The notes: a model not told the origin generated them from the letters alone. A DNA stretch of 64,000 nt from Octopus sinensis (GCF_006345805.1 NC_043011.1:13776464-13840463); one strand, 5' to 3'. Shown: positions 27,531 through 41,676, counted from the stretch's first letter. Numbers and translations: made by a program.

Positions 27531-28057
27531 GGGTTTCGTTAATTTATATGGGGTTCAATTCTGCTCGTTCACTTAGAAGATGGTATAGTGTATGAGTTTA
27601 AATACTTGGAAAGTATATATCCTAAGTTCTAAAAATGTATATTTGGTCAATTTTCTTCCACAGAATCTTTGTTGCTAACGAATATTCCATTTTCTTTTGA
27701 CCGAAAATTCCAGCATTTTTCTACTAAGTTTGAAAGTTTACTCTTTCAGAACTGTGTGCCTTATCAAAGCTTTTATTTTATATTTCGTTAATATAAGGGG
27801 TTTGTGTTGTAAATATCAAGGGGTAAATCAACAACGAATTGAAAAGCAGTTTTTATTCTTGCGAAACTTTGAACATCAGTGGTTTTTGCATGTCACTTGT
27901 GTAAAATATTTATTTTTGTGTAGATATTATGTAAAATATATTTTTTGTCTATTTTTTTTCTGTTAACGTAGAATTTTTTTAGTAAAAGAAACATCTGAAC
28001 ACCTTTTGATAAACTTGTATATATAAAAAAACTTCAACGATGTGTGTGTGCGTGTGT

Positions 28058-28128
<71 letters not shown>

Positions 28129-29752
28129 TGTGTGTATGTGTATAGTAAGTTCTCGGCAGAGTACCTGATCTAATCCCAATTCCAAATTGAAACCGTTTCG
28201 CTTCTATTACGAATCGCCTCAAAGAAGGCATGGCTACCACGTTAATGAATTATCAGTTTGAAGTTTTGCATCTATATTTTGAAAAAGTTCGTGTATACGT
28301 ACACTCTTTCTTACATAAATAATGCGCATACGTACGTACGTACGTACATACATACATACATACATACATACATACATACATACATACATACATACATACA
28401 TACATACATACATACATACATACATACATACATGCATACATGCATGCATGCATGCATGCATGCATGCACATACATTCGTTTATCTATGTTTATCAACCAA
28501 CAATTATACCTTACCGTTGCCTTAAATTTACTTAAAGCTCAAAATACATTGTCAAAATCTCACAATAAAATTCTCACCAGAATTTTGAGATTCTAAAAAT
28601 CTATTTGATATCAAATTCATTTCACATTAGGAAAATTTATTTTATATTAGATTACAAATCTGACATTAAAACATAATCTAAAATCAGAAAGTGCCAAATG
28701 TTATTTTTCGTTATAGTTCGTTTGAAAATTCTGTGGAAAAATAACTTTTAATCATTGTATGAATTTTAAAAAACTACTCATATACATAATAATAAATTAT
28801 TTTTAATAATTGTTCTTTAATGGGGATTTAAATAAAATTCTTGTCTTCCAAATTCAACAAGTGCCTTTGCTTGGAAGCCGAAACCTTCATAAAATCTCAT
28901 GTCGTGAACAATACTTTATGAAAAGCTTTGTGGAAATGTTAAGTTCAGTGTAAAAGAGAGAATGATTGTATGTTTGTTGTTTGTTGTTTGTTATCATTAT
29001 CTTCATTATTCCAAAGTCAAGTCCTGTATTGAACAGGGCGACAACAAATCGGCGTCTTCCAAAGTCAACATATAATCCAAGTGATAAAAAAAAATTTCAT
29101 CACTGGACACACTCAGCATTCATAATGTATCCCAACATTATGAACATTAACTTCATACACACATTAATACACATCTGTACAGTTAAATATATATCAAACA
29201 GTTTTTTTTTAACAATATTTTCCTTGTCTCTTCCAAATTTTTTGATGTTTATTCAAACTAATTCTTTCAACACATTATTTTTGCCTAAATAAATGTACAT
29301 TTTGTAAAAAGAAAATGCATTAACTAATATATGTCATGTTTACTGTATACAATGAGAGTGCAATCGAGATTCCTATTCATCGAGAAGATGGTTATTTGGA
29401 TTAATAAACATTGTGTTCAATGGTGCTTCAAAGCAGTCTTCAGCTGTTCATTTTATTTTTATTTTCTGTCTGTCCTGTTATCATAAATCTAATTGAAGTT
29501 TCATTTCAGACAACGCTCATATCATTTCACTGAAGCAACAATAACAATTCAACATTTGATGTCCGTAAAGTAGTCTCCTCTGAAATTCCTATAACGAGTA
29601 AAACTTCACTAGTTTTATAACAAAAACAGCAGCATTCAACGAAACAAAACGATAGCTTGCCTTAATGCGGCCGTTCGAACTGCTGGAAATAACAAACTGA
29701 TCATCCTCTTGCCTGTTTGTCTTCAAAAAACACTTAAATGGCTCAAGCAGTG

Positions 29753-30162
29753 GGATCTTTTCAGTTTGAATGGCAGTTTTTTAAAATAATTTCCACATAA
29801 CTAAACACTTTTAAACTTCGTATACTGGTAGAATGTGTTTATAAAACATCTTTTTCTCTTGGCTTTATTGAGAAAATTCTATAGTTTGTAAGATATTTGT
29901 TGTTTTTTTTCTTCAATTTCTGCAATTTGAACCAATCAATGACGTCTATTGAGGTGAAAACATTCTGTGCCGTATGAATATGTCCCTCGTTTAAGAAACA
30001 GATTGGGTTTATTTACATTTGTGAAGAAAAAAAGATACCCTTCCCCCCACCTCTAACCCTAACCCAAATTGAAATGCAATAGATCGATACTAAGGTCATA
30101 ATTATGGGTGACAATTTCATATGACACCGCTAGAAAAACTACCATTCAAACCGAAAAGATCC
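29753..30162. mobile_element. MITE family M1, copy 3
   Basis: TIRs as above; TSD aagcagtg/aagtagtg. Confidence 0.9.
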
Positions 30163-30279
30163 AAGTAGTGAATTCATAAATACATAAAAAGATAAGGTGG
30201 TTATGTCCGGAAAGTTTTTTATCTTAGGTATGTTCATGAAAAACCTGGACTTAACAAGTTCATGCTGGAATAAATGTTA

Positions 30280-30660
30280 TGCTACAGAAAAGATACTACA
30301 GCCGTCACCAGTCATTGATACTCTACAGAGCCTATGCGAGTTCCCCAAAAGGTATTGCTCTTATATATGGAACAGTGCTGCAGCTGGACACACAGACATC
30401 CAGAAAAGGGACACCCGAATGACTGACATAAACCCACTCGTCTTAGTTTCTTGCCCACCGGCGTGCTTGTCTCCTTCCTCTGCAAGGATTCACATCATCT
30501 CGTCTCAGGCATTCTCGTTCTGCTTGTCTCGCCTCATCACTTTTATAGTGTCCAACAGCTCAGCCACCCGCCCGCCCATCAGGCTCCAACATAATCACTA
30601 GACTCAAAACTTCTTTCCCAGAATGTCAACCTTCTGCTCATGTCTTTCCCACAGGTGAAT
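30280..30660 (+). mobile_element. CR1/L2/Jockey-group LINE RT C-terminal remnant
   Basis: Degenerate ..LYRAY..EYCSYIWNSAAAGH..QKR..R-type segment typical of the 3' end of such ORF2s; frameshifted. Confidence 0.55.
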
Positions 30661-31356
30661 ATTTACGAAGATTCAAGAGGAACATTAACGGCGTCAATGT
30701 CATTGATCTAGGAAAGACCACCAAAAATCATGGTTACACAATTTCAAACAATGACATGGAACAAGGAATGACTCGCTAGGATGGAATGATCTGGCACAAC
30801 AAATGTTGCATGTATATAGTAAACTAGTTTATGGGAATCTTGATTGATGCATACCAAAGCTATCTGAGGGAAATCACAATTATATGAACATTTCTGAAGG
30901 AAGTCAACAACAATATAAGAAAACATTTTTGACACATAAATACAGGGTTTAAATTTTTGACCAGAGGAGTGTAATCATATCAGAGCAACCTTGCAAAAAA
31001 AAACAAAAAAAAACACAATATGCTATTAGTACAAAGCATCTGTGGGTGTCCAATCAATACATACAGCGAGCACAAGCCATCTGAGAAAAAAAAACAAAAG
31101 CAACTCATTAATGTGTGTGAAAGTAAATATTGACAAGGAAAAGTCAAAGTCGTATGCATGGGGAGCAGCAATTAAACAACTGATTGGGTCATGTTTTCGT
31201 AAGTAATTATCTGTAAGTAATTATTACTGGATTAAAGTTTTAAAACTTTTGTCTCATTCAAGGCCCAGATAGAGAGCAACAACTAAAGTGAAATAACAGA
31301 GTGATGATATTTACCCACGAATAAACTGATATAATTTTACGTGAGAGAAACAATGC

Positions 31357-33770
31357 TCATCATCATCATCATCATCATTTAAAGTCCATCTTCCATGTTG
31401 ACATGGGTTGGACAGTTTGACTGGAAACTGGTAAGCTGGGGAGGTGCACCAGGTTCCAATCTCATTTGGCATGGTTTCTACAGTTGAATATCCTTCCTAA
31501 TGCCAACCACTCTGAGAGTGTAGTGGGTGCTTTCTACGTGCCACTGGCACAGGTGCCAGTCACAGAACACTGGCATCAGCCACAACTACAATCTCAGCTT
31601 GATGGGTCTACTCAAGCAAAGTACATTGCCCAAGGTCTCAGTTACTTGTCACTGCCTCCATGAGGCCCAAAGTTCAAAGGGTGCTTTTTACGTGCCAATT
31701 ATGCAACATTGGCATTGGCCATAATTTCGATTTCACTTGTCTTGAGGAGTTTTCACAAGCACAGCATATCGCCAAAGGTCTCGGTCACTTGTCATCACTT
31801 CTGTGAGACCCAACATTTGAAGATCATGCTTCACCACCTCTTCCCATGCCTTCCTGGGTCTACCACTCCCACAGGTTCCCTCCACCATTAAAGAACGGCA
31901 CTTTTTCACATAAATGTCTTCATCCATATGCATCACATAACCATAACAGCAGTCATCTCTCTTGCACCACCACATCTGATGCCTCTTATGCCCAACTTTT
32001 CTCTCAAGATGCTTACACTCCGTTGTGCATGCAAACTGACATTGCACATTCAGCAAAGCATACTAGCTTCATTTCTTTCAAGCCTTTGCATGTCCTTGGC
32101 AGTCATGGCTGTTTGCACACATGTGTTGCATGGCTGTTTGCACACAGACGTTGTACAATCTGCCTTTCACTCTGAAGGAGAAAGCGGTCCTTTGTTACCA
32201 ACACAGGTAGGAACTCCATGAACTTTGCTCAGACTATTCTTATTCTAGCAGCTACACTTTTGGAGCATCCACCTCCGCTACTGACTTGGTCACCTAGGTA
32301 ATGGTAGCTATCAACTACTTCTAGGTATTATCCCTGGCATTTGATGAAGTTTATATTCTGTACATTTATACCTGTGCAATTATACACAAAACTATTTTCG
32401 CTGTTAACCTACCTGTGATATTGCTACACCTCTTGTGTCCTTAGCTTACACTGGGTACATCTTATGGAGTTACTACCTGTGTCTTTTCTACAGATTGAGC
32501 AGAGCCATCTACCTGAAAGGATTTGTAATTTGTCTGCCTGCCTACTTACTAAGACTTTGATTTTTGCTAGGTTAACTCTAAGGCCCTTTGATTCCAGACC
32601 TTGCTTCCATACCTGAAATTTCTTCTCCAGTTTTGATAGCAATTCAGCTATAAGAACAAGGTCATCAGCATAGAGGAGCTCCCAGGGGCAGCCTGTCTTA
32701 AATTTCTCTGTTATTGCCTGGAGAACTATGATGAACAAAAGGGGGCTGAGGACTGATCCTGGGTGAACCCTGAATTCATCAGTATACTCACTGTTAACCT
32801 TTATCTTACTGACAGCGTCCCTATACATGGCTTGTACAGCTCTCACTAACCACTCATCTATCCCTAGCTTCCACATTGACCACCAGATAACGGAGTGGGG
32901 ACTCTGTCAAAGGCTTTCTCCATGACACTGAAGGCCAAGTACAGGGGTTTATTTTTAGCTACATAATTTTCCTGCAGTCGCCTAACAAGGAATATAGCAT
33001 CAGTCATACTCCTGCCTGGTCCAAATCTGAACTGCATCTCATCTACACTAACTCTCTTCCCAATTGAACTATGGCCCTTTCTTTGACTTTCTCACCTGGT
33101 CCAGCAACTTGATGCCTCTATAATTATTCCTGTCTAAGGCATCACCTTTGCCTCTGTAGCAGTTGACTATAATGCAGCTATGCCAATCATTGAGAATGAC
33201 TCTTTCGTGGATAACTTGATTAACAATACAGGTGACTAGGCTATAACCTACTCTGCCAGATATCTTAATCATCTCAGCAGTGATTCCTGATGGGCCAGGG
33301 GCTTTCCCTGTTTTCATGCCCTTAATTGTTTTATCTACTAAGCTACTGTTGATTCGGATAGCTGGTCCCTCAGTTGGGTCAACATATGGCAGACACTCCT
33401 TGCATTTAGCAGTCTTTTATAATGGCATTTCCAAGCCTCTTTCTTTGCAGAATCATTAAATGCAAGTGCACCATCATCCATGTGGACACATTTCTCTCCT
33501 ACGACATAGCAATTTTCTCTCACACACCGTCTTGCAATCTGAAACACTTCGAGCCTCTGGTCCTCATGTTGCATGACATATGCAAACTGCTTCTTTTCTG
33601 CTTCTCACCTGTCTCCTAGCTTCCCTTATGGCTATCTAATACAGTTCCTCGCGACCCTCACACTTCCAGTCATTCCAGGCCTGTTTCTTTGCTCTAATGG
33701 CCTTGTCTATAGCATCATTCCACCACCACATCACCCTAGGTCTGAATGAGACTTTGCACCAGCCAGCAGA
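31357..33770 (-). mobile_element. RTE-clade LINE, 5'-truncated and degenerate
   Basis: ORF fragments with RT motifs (GSVLSPLLFIIVL, ELLYADDLVLIAE, NYRGIKLLDQV); (GAT)n tail seen as catcatcat at 31357-31377. Confidence 0.92.
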
Positions 33771-34353
33771 AAATGACACTTAGTTGATGAGTAAAGTTTC
33801 GTCTATACAAGAAAAAATAGCCGAGAAAGACTACTAGCATACACACCTTTGTGTGTGTGTATGTGTGTACCTGTGTGTGCATTGTATTTAGACCAACAGG
33901 AAAAGTGACCTTGTTACATTAAAATATCTAATATTTGTGAATTAAAAACAGAAACATTCAAACAACTTTGTTTTGAAGTTTCACATTTATTGTTATGTCT
34001 AATTTTTAAAGTGAGTGTGAAATAAGAACTTTGAACTTAGGAACAAAGATATGACATGGGGAAGGGTTACAGAAGAGGAAGTAAACCCCAGTATTTTACT
34101 GCTACTTATTTTCTTAACCTCAGAGAAATAAACCATATTAGAGAGATGAAATTAAGCATATAAAATATTTCAAATATTTGCTGAAAAAAATAGTTTATGT
34201 GGAAAGTGTGGGGTTTTTTTTTGATAATTACAAAATCTATCACTAATTAATTTAATCAAATAAGAGAAATTATCAGGTTAAAGTAATAACTTTTACATGA
34301 TACTTGTTAATTAAATTTAATTCAGCTTTATTATCATAAATTATGGCCAGTAA

Positions 34354-34490
34354 TTAACGTCCTTTTTTTCCTTTTTTCTTCGGTCCTTTACCACCTGGTA
34401 GTTGACTAGAAGATTGAGAGCTTGACTGAGATTGCTGCCGGGTCTTCAGCTTTGGAATAGTTTTGGCAACATACAAGAAAATATCATTCC
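34354..34490 (-). CDS. SRP19: SRP19 exon 5 (terminal)
   Basis: Encodes (R)NDIFLYVAKTIPKLKTRQQSQSSSQSSSQLPGGKGPKKKGKKGR*, matching the SRP19 IPKLKTR motif and Lys-rich tail; AG acceptor at 34491-34492. Confidence 0.96.
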
Positions 34491-34577
34491 CTAAAAATCA
34501 ACAAAATATAAAAATTACATGTGCTATGACATACTGATTGAAGAGTAGATATATTAACATACATTTATACATATTTA

Positions 34578-34989
34578 GGATCTTTTCGGTTTGAACGGCA
34601 GTTTTTTCTAGCGGTGTCATATGAAATTGTCACCCATAATTATGACCCTAGAATCGATCTATTGCATTTCAATCTGTTTTAGGGTTAGGGATGGGGGAAA
34701 GGGTATCTTTTTTTCTTCAGAAATGTAAATAAACCCAATCTGTTTCTTAAACGAGGGACATATTCATACGGCACAGAATGTTTTTTACCTCAATAGCTGT
34801 CAGTGATTGCTTGAAATTTCAGAAATTGAAGAAAAAAAAACAACAAATATCTTACAAACTATAGAATTTTCTCAATAAAGCCAAGAGAAAAAGATGTTTT
34901 ATAAACAAATTCTACCAGTATACGAAGTTTAAAATTTTTTAGTTACCTGGAAATTATGTTAAAAACTGCCGTTCAAACCAAAAAGATCC
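34578..34989. mobile_element. MITE family M1, copy 4 (SRP19 intron 4)
   Basis: TIRs; perfect TSD catattta. Confidence 0.9.
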
Positions 34990-35421
34990 CATATTTATGA
35001 TGACATATGTTTTGAAATGCAGAATGGAATATACATTAAAATGAATTTGGAAGCAATTCTGGACAAACTAAAATTATCCAGATTCCTTAGACTCTTTCAC
35101 ATTTTCTATCTAATATAAAAATTCCCAGGAACACAGAGTGGTAAAACTTTTGAACAACTAGCAGTTGTTAGCAGTTTCTATCCTACTGCTGAAATTAAAT
35201 CAATGATGCATATTTTCACTCTAAAATAGCTGTCAATATAACTGTCGATAGATACTGTGGAAGAAGGAAATGCCAATGGTATTTACAGAGGCAGAGCAGT
35301 ATAATTAGCAAGTGGTTTATTAATTTGTAGTAGTGAGTTCAACCCCTCTTGCAAGCCAAAATAAGCCACTTTATTTGACCAACTAGTTCAGAACGCTAGC
35401 TTTGATAACATTTTATTTGTG

Positions 35422-35788
35422 ACTAGCACAATGACCCGGCGTTACCAGGTCATAATGCTAGTGCATGCATATACAGCTGCGTGCGTGCACACAAACACGC
35501 GAGTACTGTCCAAATCACATACAGCTAGCTGGCATTCAATTGGCGTATCAAGTTTCGGGCATTTTGATTGGGTTTTGGATAGAAAATTCACAAAAAAGTC
35601 ACTTCTATTGATTTTTTAATGGCTTTGCTGGGTGACTGGGGAAATGTAAAGATGTGCACGACCACCCTTGGACAGTTTTGAATGACCATAGAAAGTGCGA
35701 GCCCTCTAACTGAAAAATTGTGGATTTGTATAAAGGACATACACACACACACACAGACAGATATTTTGCCGTTTATATATAGAGAGAT
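35422..35788 (+). mobile_element. Non-autonomous Helitron-like (Lep1/HINE-type) element
   Basis: 5' ACTAGC..CCCGGCGTT..GG and 3' CAGACA..GCCGTTTATATATAGAGAGAT termini shared with 49637-50022; no TSD. Confidence 0.65.
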
Positions 35789-36044
35789 AATTTAAATGGA
35801 CAAAGTTATTAGTTTTGGCAGGTCTATTTTACAGTAGATCCTGTGTATTCAAACAAATTATTTCTGCTACTATATCATAGAGTTAAAATAGTCATTGTAG
35901 TCTATAGAAATCAGTTGACAGGAATATCTTTTCAAAGTTATCTTTTAAAGTACTTTTACATTCAATTTTCCTTGCTAAAATGTGTTACACCATGCTGACA
36001 TGCAAATTTTGACATTTATTTTGACTTAAATTATTAAAAACAAA

Positions 36045-36612
36045 AGGCACCATTCAAGTGTGATCATTACTAGCGTCGCCTTACTGGCACTTGTGCCAAT
36101 GCTAGTAGGGTGCTAAGAGCACCATTCAAGTGTGATTGTCATCAGCATCACCTTACTGACACCTGTGCCGGTGGCATGTGTAAAAAAGATTTGAACGAGG
36201 TCGTTGCCAGTACCGCCTGACTGGCTCCCGTGCTGGTGGCACATAAAAAGCACCCACTACACTCTCGGAGTGGGTGGCGTTAGGAAGGGCATCCAGCCGT
36301 AGAAACACTGGTGCAGCCATCTGGTTCGCCAGCCCTCAGTCAAAATCGTCCAACCTATGCTAGCATGGAAAGCGGATGTTAACCCTTTTATTAGTGTATT
36401 TATTTTGAAATGCTCTGTATTTCTTTCAGTTACTTTAAATATAACAAAGAATTTAGTAAAATAACTTAGTCATCATTCAGCTAGTGTTAGGAACATAAAT
36501 TGCGACTAAGGTTTGGTGGAAGATTTTAATTCAAAACTTATGAAAACAGGACATTTATAGCCAGAGCCTGTTTCAGCCAGGTTGGTAACAAAAGGGTTAA
36601 ACGATGATGATG
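36045..36612 (+). mobile_element. RTE 3'-end fragment interrupted by a piggyBac-like MITE (36383-36596)
   Basis: RTE 3'UTR ..gctagcatggaaagcggatgTTAA|acgatgatgatg split by CCCTTTT..AAAAGGG with duplicated TTAA. Confidence 0.8.
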
Positions 36613-37347
36613 AGGAAAAGACATTACATAATATAGAGTAAAGAAATGAAGTGGGAGCTCAAAAAGAAATAAAAATCCTGATGTAACAGAACAAGTAAAA
36701 CAAACATAAGAACAATACTATTTACACCTTTGTGTTTTTTTTTTCCTTTAGTTAGACTACTACACTGACATTGAGAGAGTGGGGGGTAATGTAATTTGAT
36801 ATAAAATGAATAATTAAATGTTGTTGCCATTGGTGATATGAAAAGAAATAAAACTCAAGAAACAACATTGACTGAAGTTAAGAATTTAACGAATTTTAAA
36901 TTACAAATTCATTAGAGATTGATTTACAGTTAACAGTAACTGCACAATTACTGCTATGGATCATTAATTAAAATCAGTGGCTTTAAGGGAGTACTGCCTT
37001 TCATATGTAACAAAATCTAGACTAACCCACTCCTGAGCAAACCTCCTGCCATTTTACCATTACCACAACAGGCTTTGCTCCACTGAATTTGTCTTTTTTA
37101 TCCTCTATCTTTTATACACATTAAAGGAAATATCTCTTCTCCTTCATCTGATTATGCCTAAATAATTCAATTAAATACCTATGCTAACTGAAAAGATCAT
37201 TCAGTCACAAATTTAATTAAAAATGTCGAAGCACTCTCCCCAGCTTTAAACAAGATTGATCAAAACAAAACAAAACAAAACCTCAAAATGTTTCTCAATA
37301 ATTGTGGTTAAAAAAAGATACAAAATAAAACAAGGGAGACAACTCAC

Positions 37348-37459
37348 TAGTTTTGAATTCTTCTTGTACTGCTGACCCATCTTCCTGCTTCAGTTGAATA
37401 CGGAGGCGTCCAAGGGCTTTATTATCACGATGGTCAAGTTCACGGGGATACACTTTAGT
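37348..37459 (-). CDS. SRP19: SRP19 exon 4
   Basis: TKVYPRELDHRDNKALGRLRIQLKQEDGSAVQEEFKT, matching the SRP19 YxRE..GRxRxQLKQEDGS motif; AG/GT boundaries; 112 nt. Confidence 0.97.
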
Positions 37460-37840
37460 CTAAACATAAAGAAAAGATCTGGCTAAAAAGAGGTTGACTA
37501 GTATCAGCTTAGCATCCAAATGGATTTGGACGAATCACAACATTTTATAGAAAAGGATTAAAACTAAAGCTAGCAGGGGTACAAACATTTCATTGTCTTA
37601 GATTACAAATCTCAAAAAATATTCTTCCTCTAAAGTGTAGTCATGGCAAATTTGTTTTATAAATCTAATTTCTATGCCAGTAGATTCTAAAGAAGAGTGA
37701 ACAAAATCCAAGGTCGTCTTGATATGTGGGAACTAATAGGTTGAACTGCAATACTGAGTAGTGGTATTTCTGGTAGCTTGACAGAGAAGACTTCAGACAA
37801 GCAATAAGGATTCTCATCATGAGGATACATAAGAAATTAC

Positions 37841-37954
37841 GGATCTTTTAGGTTTGAACGGCAGTTTTTTCTAGCAGTGTCATATGAAATTGTCACCCAT
37901 AATTATGACCCTAGTATCGATCTATTGCATTTCAATCTGTTTTAGGGTTAGGGT
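37841..37954. mobile_element. MITE family M1, copy 5 (one-ended)
   Basis: One TIR; homology stops at tttagggttagggt. Confidence 0.85.
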
Positions 37955-38106
37955 CTATGGTTGTATCTGACATTAGCAACACAAGTTCTTTATCACTTAA
38001 ATATAGTTTCTTAGTTTTTATAATTAAGAGGATTTGTATGATCATGTTCTTAAATATTTTTCTTGAACCAATGCAAGTATTTCAAGAAAATTGTTTCAGT
38101 ACTATA

Positions 38107-39001
38107 CAGGGTGTCCAAAAATTAACTATTTCAATGAAATCAGGCAAATTTTAAAAAATCTGAGAGAATTTTGTTTACTCTTTTACTTGTTTCAGTCATT
38201 TGACTGCAGTCATGCTGGAGCACCGCCTTTAGTCAAGCAAATCGATCCCAGGACTTATTCTTTGTAAGCCTAGTACTTATTCTATCGGTCCCTTTTGCCG
38301 AACCGCTAAGTTACGGGGACGTAAACACACCAGCATCAGTTGTCAAGCGATGTTGGGGAAACAAACACAGACACGCAAATGCACACACACACATATATAT
38401 ATACATATATACGACGGGCTTCTTTCAGTTTCCGTCTACCAAATCCACTCACAAGGCTTTGGGCGGCCCGAGGCTATAGTAGAAGACACTTGCCCAAGGT
38501 GCCACGCAATGGGACTGAACCCAGAGCCATGTGGTTGGTAAGCAAGCTACTTACCACACAGCCACTCCTGCACCTATTATTAATTATTATACCAAAACAA
38601 ATAGATTTATAAATCTTAGGTCGAAATTTTAGTGAAACTTTTCAATATGTGTTCCGTCTGTATCCCTAAAAATTTCAAATCTATACTTAGTGTTACAAAA
38701 CACATTTTGAAGCATTTCAGGAGTTATCTCCATGTTCTTCAAATTAAGCTAAACTATTGTTCCATCCTGAGGATGGAAATACAGAAAATAATTGCAGCTA
38801 AATTGAAAAAAAAAAGCTGTTGTGAACAAATAAGCAGGATCCAACGGGAATGAAACTAAAATTATAAAAATAAAATTATAAACAAAATTAAAATTTTATA
38901 CACTTTTAATACATATCAAACATGATGAACATAAATGAAAGTGAGTTTTTAAAAAATTGTCTGATTTCACAGAAATAGATAATTAATTCGAGGACAGCCT
39001 G
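38107..39001. mobile_element. Tc1/mariner-type MITE containing a nested SINE family B copy (38177-38575)
   Basis: TA|CAGGGTGTCC..GGACAGCCTG|TA with ~55-bp imperfect TIRs; the SINE lies inside. Confidence 0.7.
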
Positions 39002-39101
39002 TATATTCAATAATGAAGTCTTTGCTATTCATGCAGCATCTGTTTTGCAATTCATAGATTGTTTCAAGAGAAACATCAGTAAGCTCCTGATTTTGAAAAT
39101 T

Positions 39102-39476
39102 GGATCTCTTCGGTTTGAATGGCAGTTTTTAACATAATTTCTAGGTAACCAAAAAATTTTAAACTTCGTATACTGGTAGAATGTGTTTATAAAACATCTT
39201 TTTTTCTTGGCTTTATTGAGAAAATTCTATAGTTTGTAAGATATTTGTTGTTTTTTTTCTTCAATTTCTGCAATTTCAACCAATCACTGACGTCTATTGA
39301 GGTGAAAACATTCTGTGCCGTATGAATATGTCCCTCGTTTTCTGAAGAAAAAAAGATACCCTCCCCCCACCCTAAAACAGATTGAAATGCAAAAGATCGG
39401 ATCTAGGGTCATAATTATGGGTGACAATTTCATATGACACCGCTAGAAAAAACTGCTGTTCAAACCGAAAAGATCC
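39102..39476. mobile_element. MITE family M1, copy 6 (~30-bp internal deletion)
   Basis: TIRs; perfect TSD tgaaaatt. Confidence 0.9.
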
Positions 39477-39805
39477 TGAAAATTTAATGAAGAAGAATTG
39501 TTACAAGTTGAAGCAGGATTTACAATTAGTGAAGTCTGAATGACAATTGAATTTTAAGGCTTCTATTGTCTAGATGAATAATTAGAAGTGATTGATAAAA
39601 TTCTCTGGGAAAATGTTTACCATGTAATTTAAAAGCTGAACACTATATATATTTAAGTGTAAATCTCCAGTTAAAAACCCAGTCGTCAATAGTAGGAATT
39701 ACACAAAAAGAAACTGCTAAATAAAACAAATGCTCAGAAACGGCAAGAGCCACAGATTAAAATAGAAACAAACTCTTTATATAATATTGATAAAAATTAA
39801 ATTAC

Positions 39806-39877
39806 TTCTGGTGCTATAGTCATTCCAGCAGCCGCACACACATCTCGGATTTCTATAAAAGTCGGATTATCAACAGC
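39806..39877 (-). CDS. SRP19: SRP19 exon 3
   Basis: AVDNPTFIEIRDVCAAAGMTIAPE (SRP19 VxNPT..EI.DVC motif); AG/GT boundaries; 72 nt. Confidence 0.97.
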
Positions 39878-40095
39878 CTAGATGAAAGAGAAAATAATTT
39901 CAAATAAATCAAAACAATAGGACTAATTAAAAGACTAATAAAGAGATGTGTAATTATCAATAGGATATGTTTAAACTATATCTGTTAAAGAATGATTTTA
40001 AAAATCCCTTTCTTCATACCAACATTGTATCAAGTTAGTATATACAAGATTAATGCAACATTTTCTATTTCCTGATCAACTGTGTTGTATGGAAT

Positions 40096-40486
40096 ACTCT
40101 TTTACTTGTTTCAGTCATTTGACTGTGGCCATGTTGGGGCACTGCCTTTAGTCGAGCAAATCGACCCCAAGACTTATTCCTTGTAAGCCTAGTACTTATT
40201 CTATCGGTCTCTTTTGCCGAACCGCTAAGTTATGGGGACGGAAACACACCAGCATCGGTTGTCAAGCGATGTTGGGGGGACAAACACAGACACACAACCA
40301 TATACACACACACACATATATATATATACATATATACGACGGGCTTCTTTCAGTTTTCATCTACCAAATCCACTCACAAGGCTTTGGTCGGCCCGAGGCT
40401 ATAGTAGAAGACACTTACCCAAGGTGCCACGCAGTGGGACTGAACCCAGAACCATGTGGTTGGTGAAAAAGCTACTTACCACACAA
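40096..40486 (-). mobile_element. tRNA-derived SINE family B copy
   Basis: Minus-strand head tgtgtggtaagtagctt..gggttcagtcccactgcgtggcac (B-box-like), with an internal (TA/CA)n tract. Confidence 0.88.
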
Positions 40487-40796
40487 TTATTAATGGAAAT
40501 ATTTATTGCAATGTAATTTTTATCTAAAGATAATGGAAGAGCCAGTATTTTAGCCTGAAAATGAGCTTAACCTTTTTCCTTTCTTTTTAAACAGTAATTA
40601 GAATTAGTTACCAACAAAGGTAGAAGCTCTCTGAACTTTGTCCAGCCTGTTCTTATTCTACCATCTATGCTCTCGGAGCATCTGCCTTCACTGCTGACTT
40701 GGTCACCTAGCTATCAGAAGCAATCAACTACTTCTAGGTATCCCACCTGACATTTGACAGAGTTTATATACACATACACATATATTTATATATATC

Positions 40797-41009
40797 CTCT
40801 TACTTGTTTCAGCCACTCGACTGCAGCCATGCTGGAGCACTGCCTTCACTCAAAGAAATCAACCCCAGGACTTATTCTTTGTAAGCCTAGTACTTACTCC
40901 ATTGGTCTCTTTTTGCGGAACTGCTAAGTTATGGGGACATAAACACACCAACACCAGTTGTCAAACGATGGGGGGGGGGACAAACACAGACACAGAAAGA
41001 TGTGTGTGC

Positions 41010-41096
<87 letters not shown>

Positions 41097-41255
41097 TATG
41101 ACAGGCTTCTTTCAGTTTCCATCTACCAAATCCACTCACAAGGCTTTGGTTGGCCCGAGGCTACAGTAGAAGAGACTTGCTCAAAGTGTCATGCAGTGAA
41201 ACTGAACCCGGAACCATATGTGGTTGGTAAGCAAGCTATTTACCACACAGCCACG
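40797..41255 (-). mobile_element. SINE family B copy with internal (GATA)n expansion
   Basis: Same body as 40096-40486; (GATA)n at ~41040-41095. Confidence 0.85.
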
Positions 41256-41600
41256 ACACACATATACATATATACACATACAAAGTAGGTATGAGGCCTA
41301 ATGCTTGGGATAATGTAGAGTCGTTCAATCTTTAACCACAGGCATCATGGTTGGTTTTGGGTGAAGGTTCCTTGTTGGGAAATTGAATGATGTAAGAGTA
41401 GCACTTAGTTGTAAAAACTGAAGAATTTATGCACACAGCATTTACATTAGTCACATCTATATCAATAAGAAGTGAAAGGAAAAAAAGTCATCAGGCTTCA
41501 AACACCAGAATTGTACTGAGAGAATATAACTCATAGATATTTAATTATATCTCATCATTCATATCATACATAAAGGTGTTAATATTAAATAATTCAATAC

Positions 41601-41676
41601 CTTTTCTTTTGGAATTCTCCGACCTTCTTTAGAAGTTTTTTTGCTGTTGATATAAGCTGGATACAAACAAATCCAC
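41601..41676 (-). CDS. SRP19: SRP19 exon 2
   Basis: (R)WICLYPAYINSKKTSKEGRRIPKEK, the hallmark SRP19 IYPAY..KKT..EGRRIP motif; AG/GT boundaries; 76 nt. Confidence 0.98.

Noticed and set aside
29505-29565. Possible isolated plus-strand exon (tttcag..gtaaag)
   Set aside because: No recognisable protein and no compatible neighbouring exons found.
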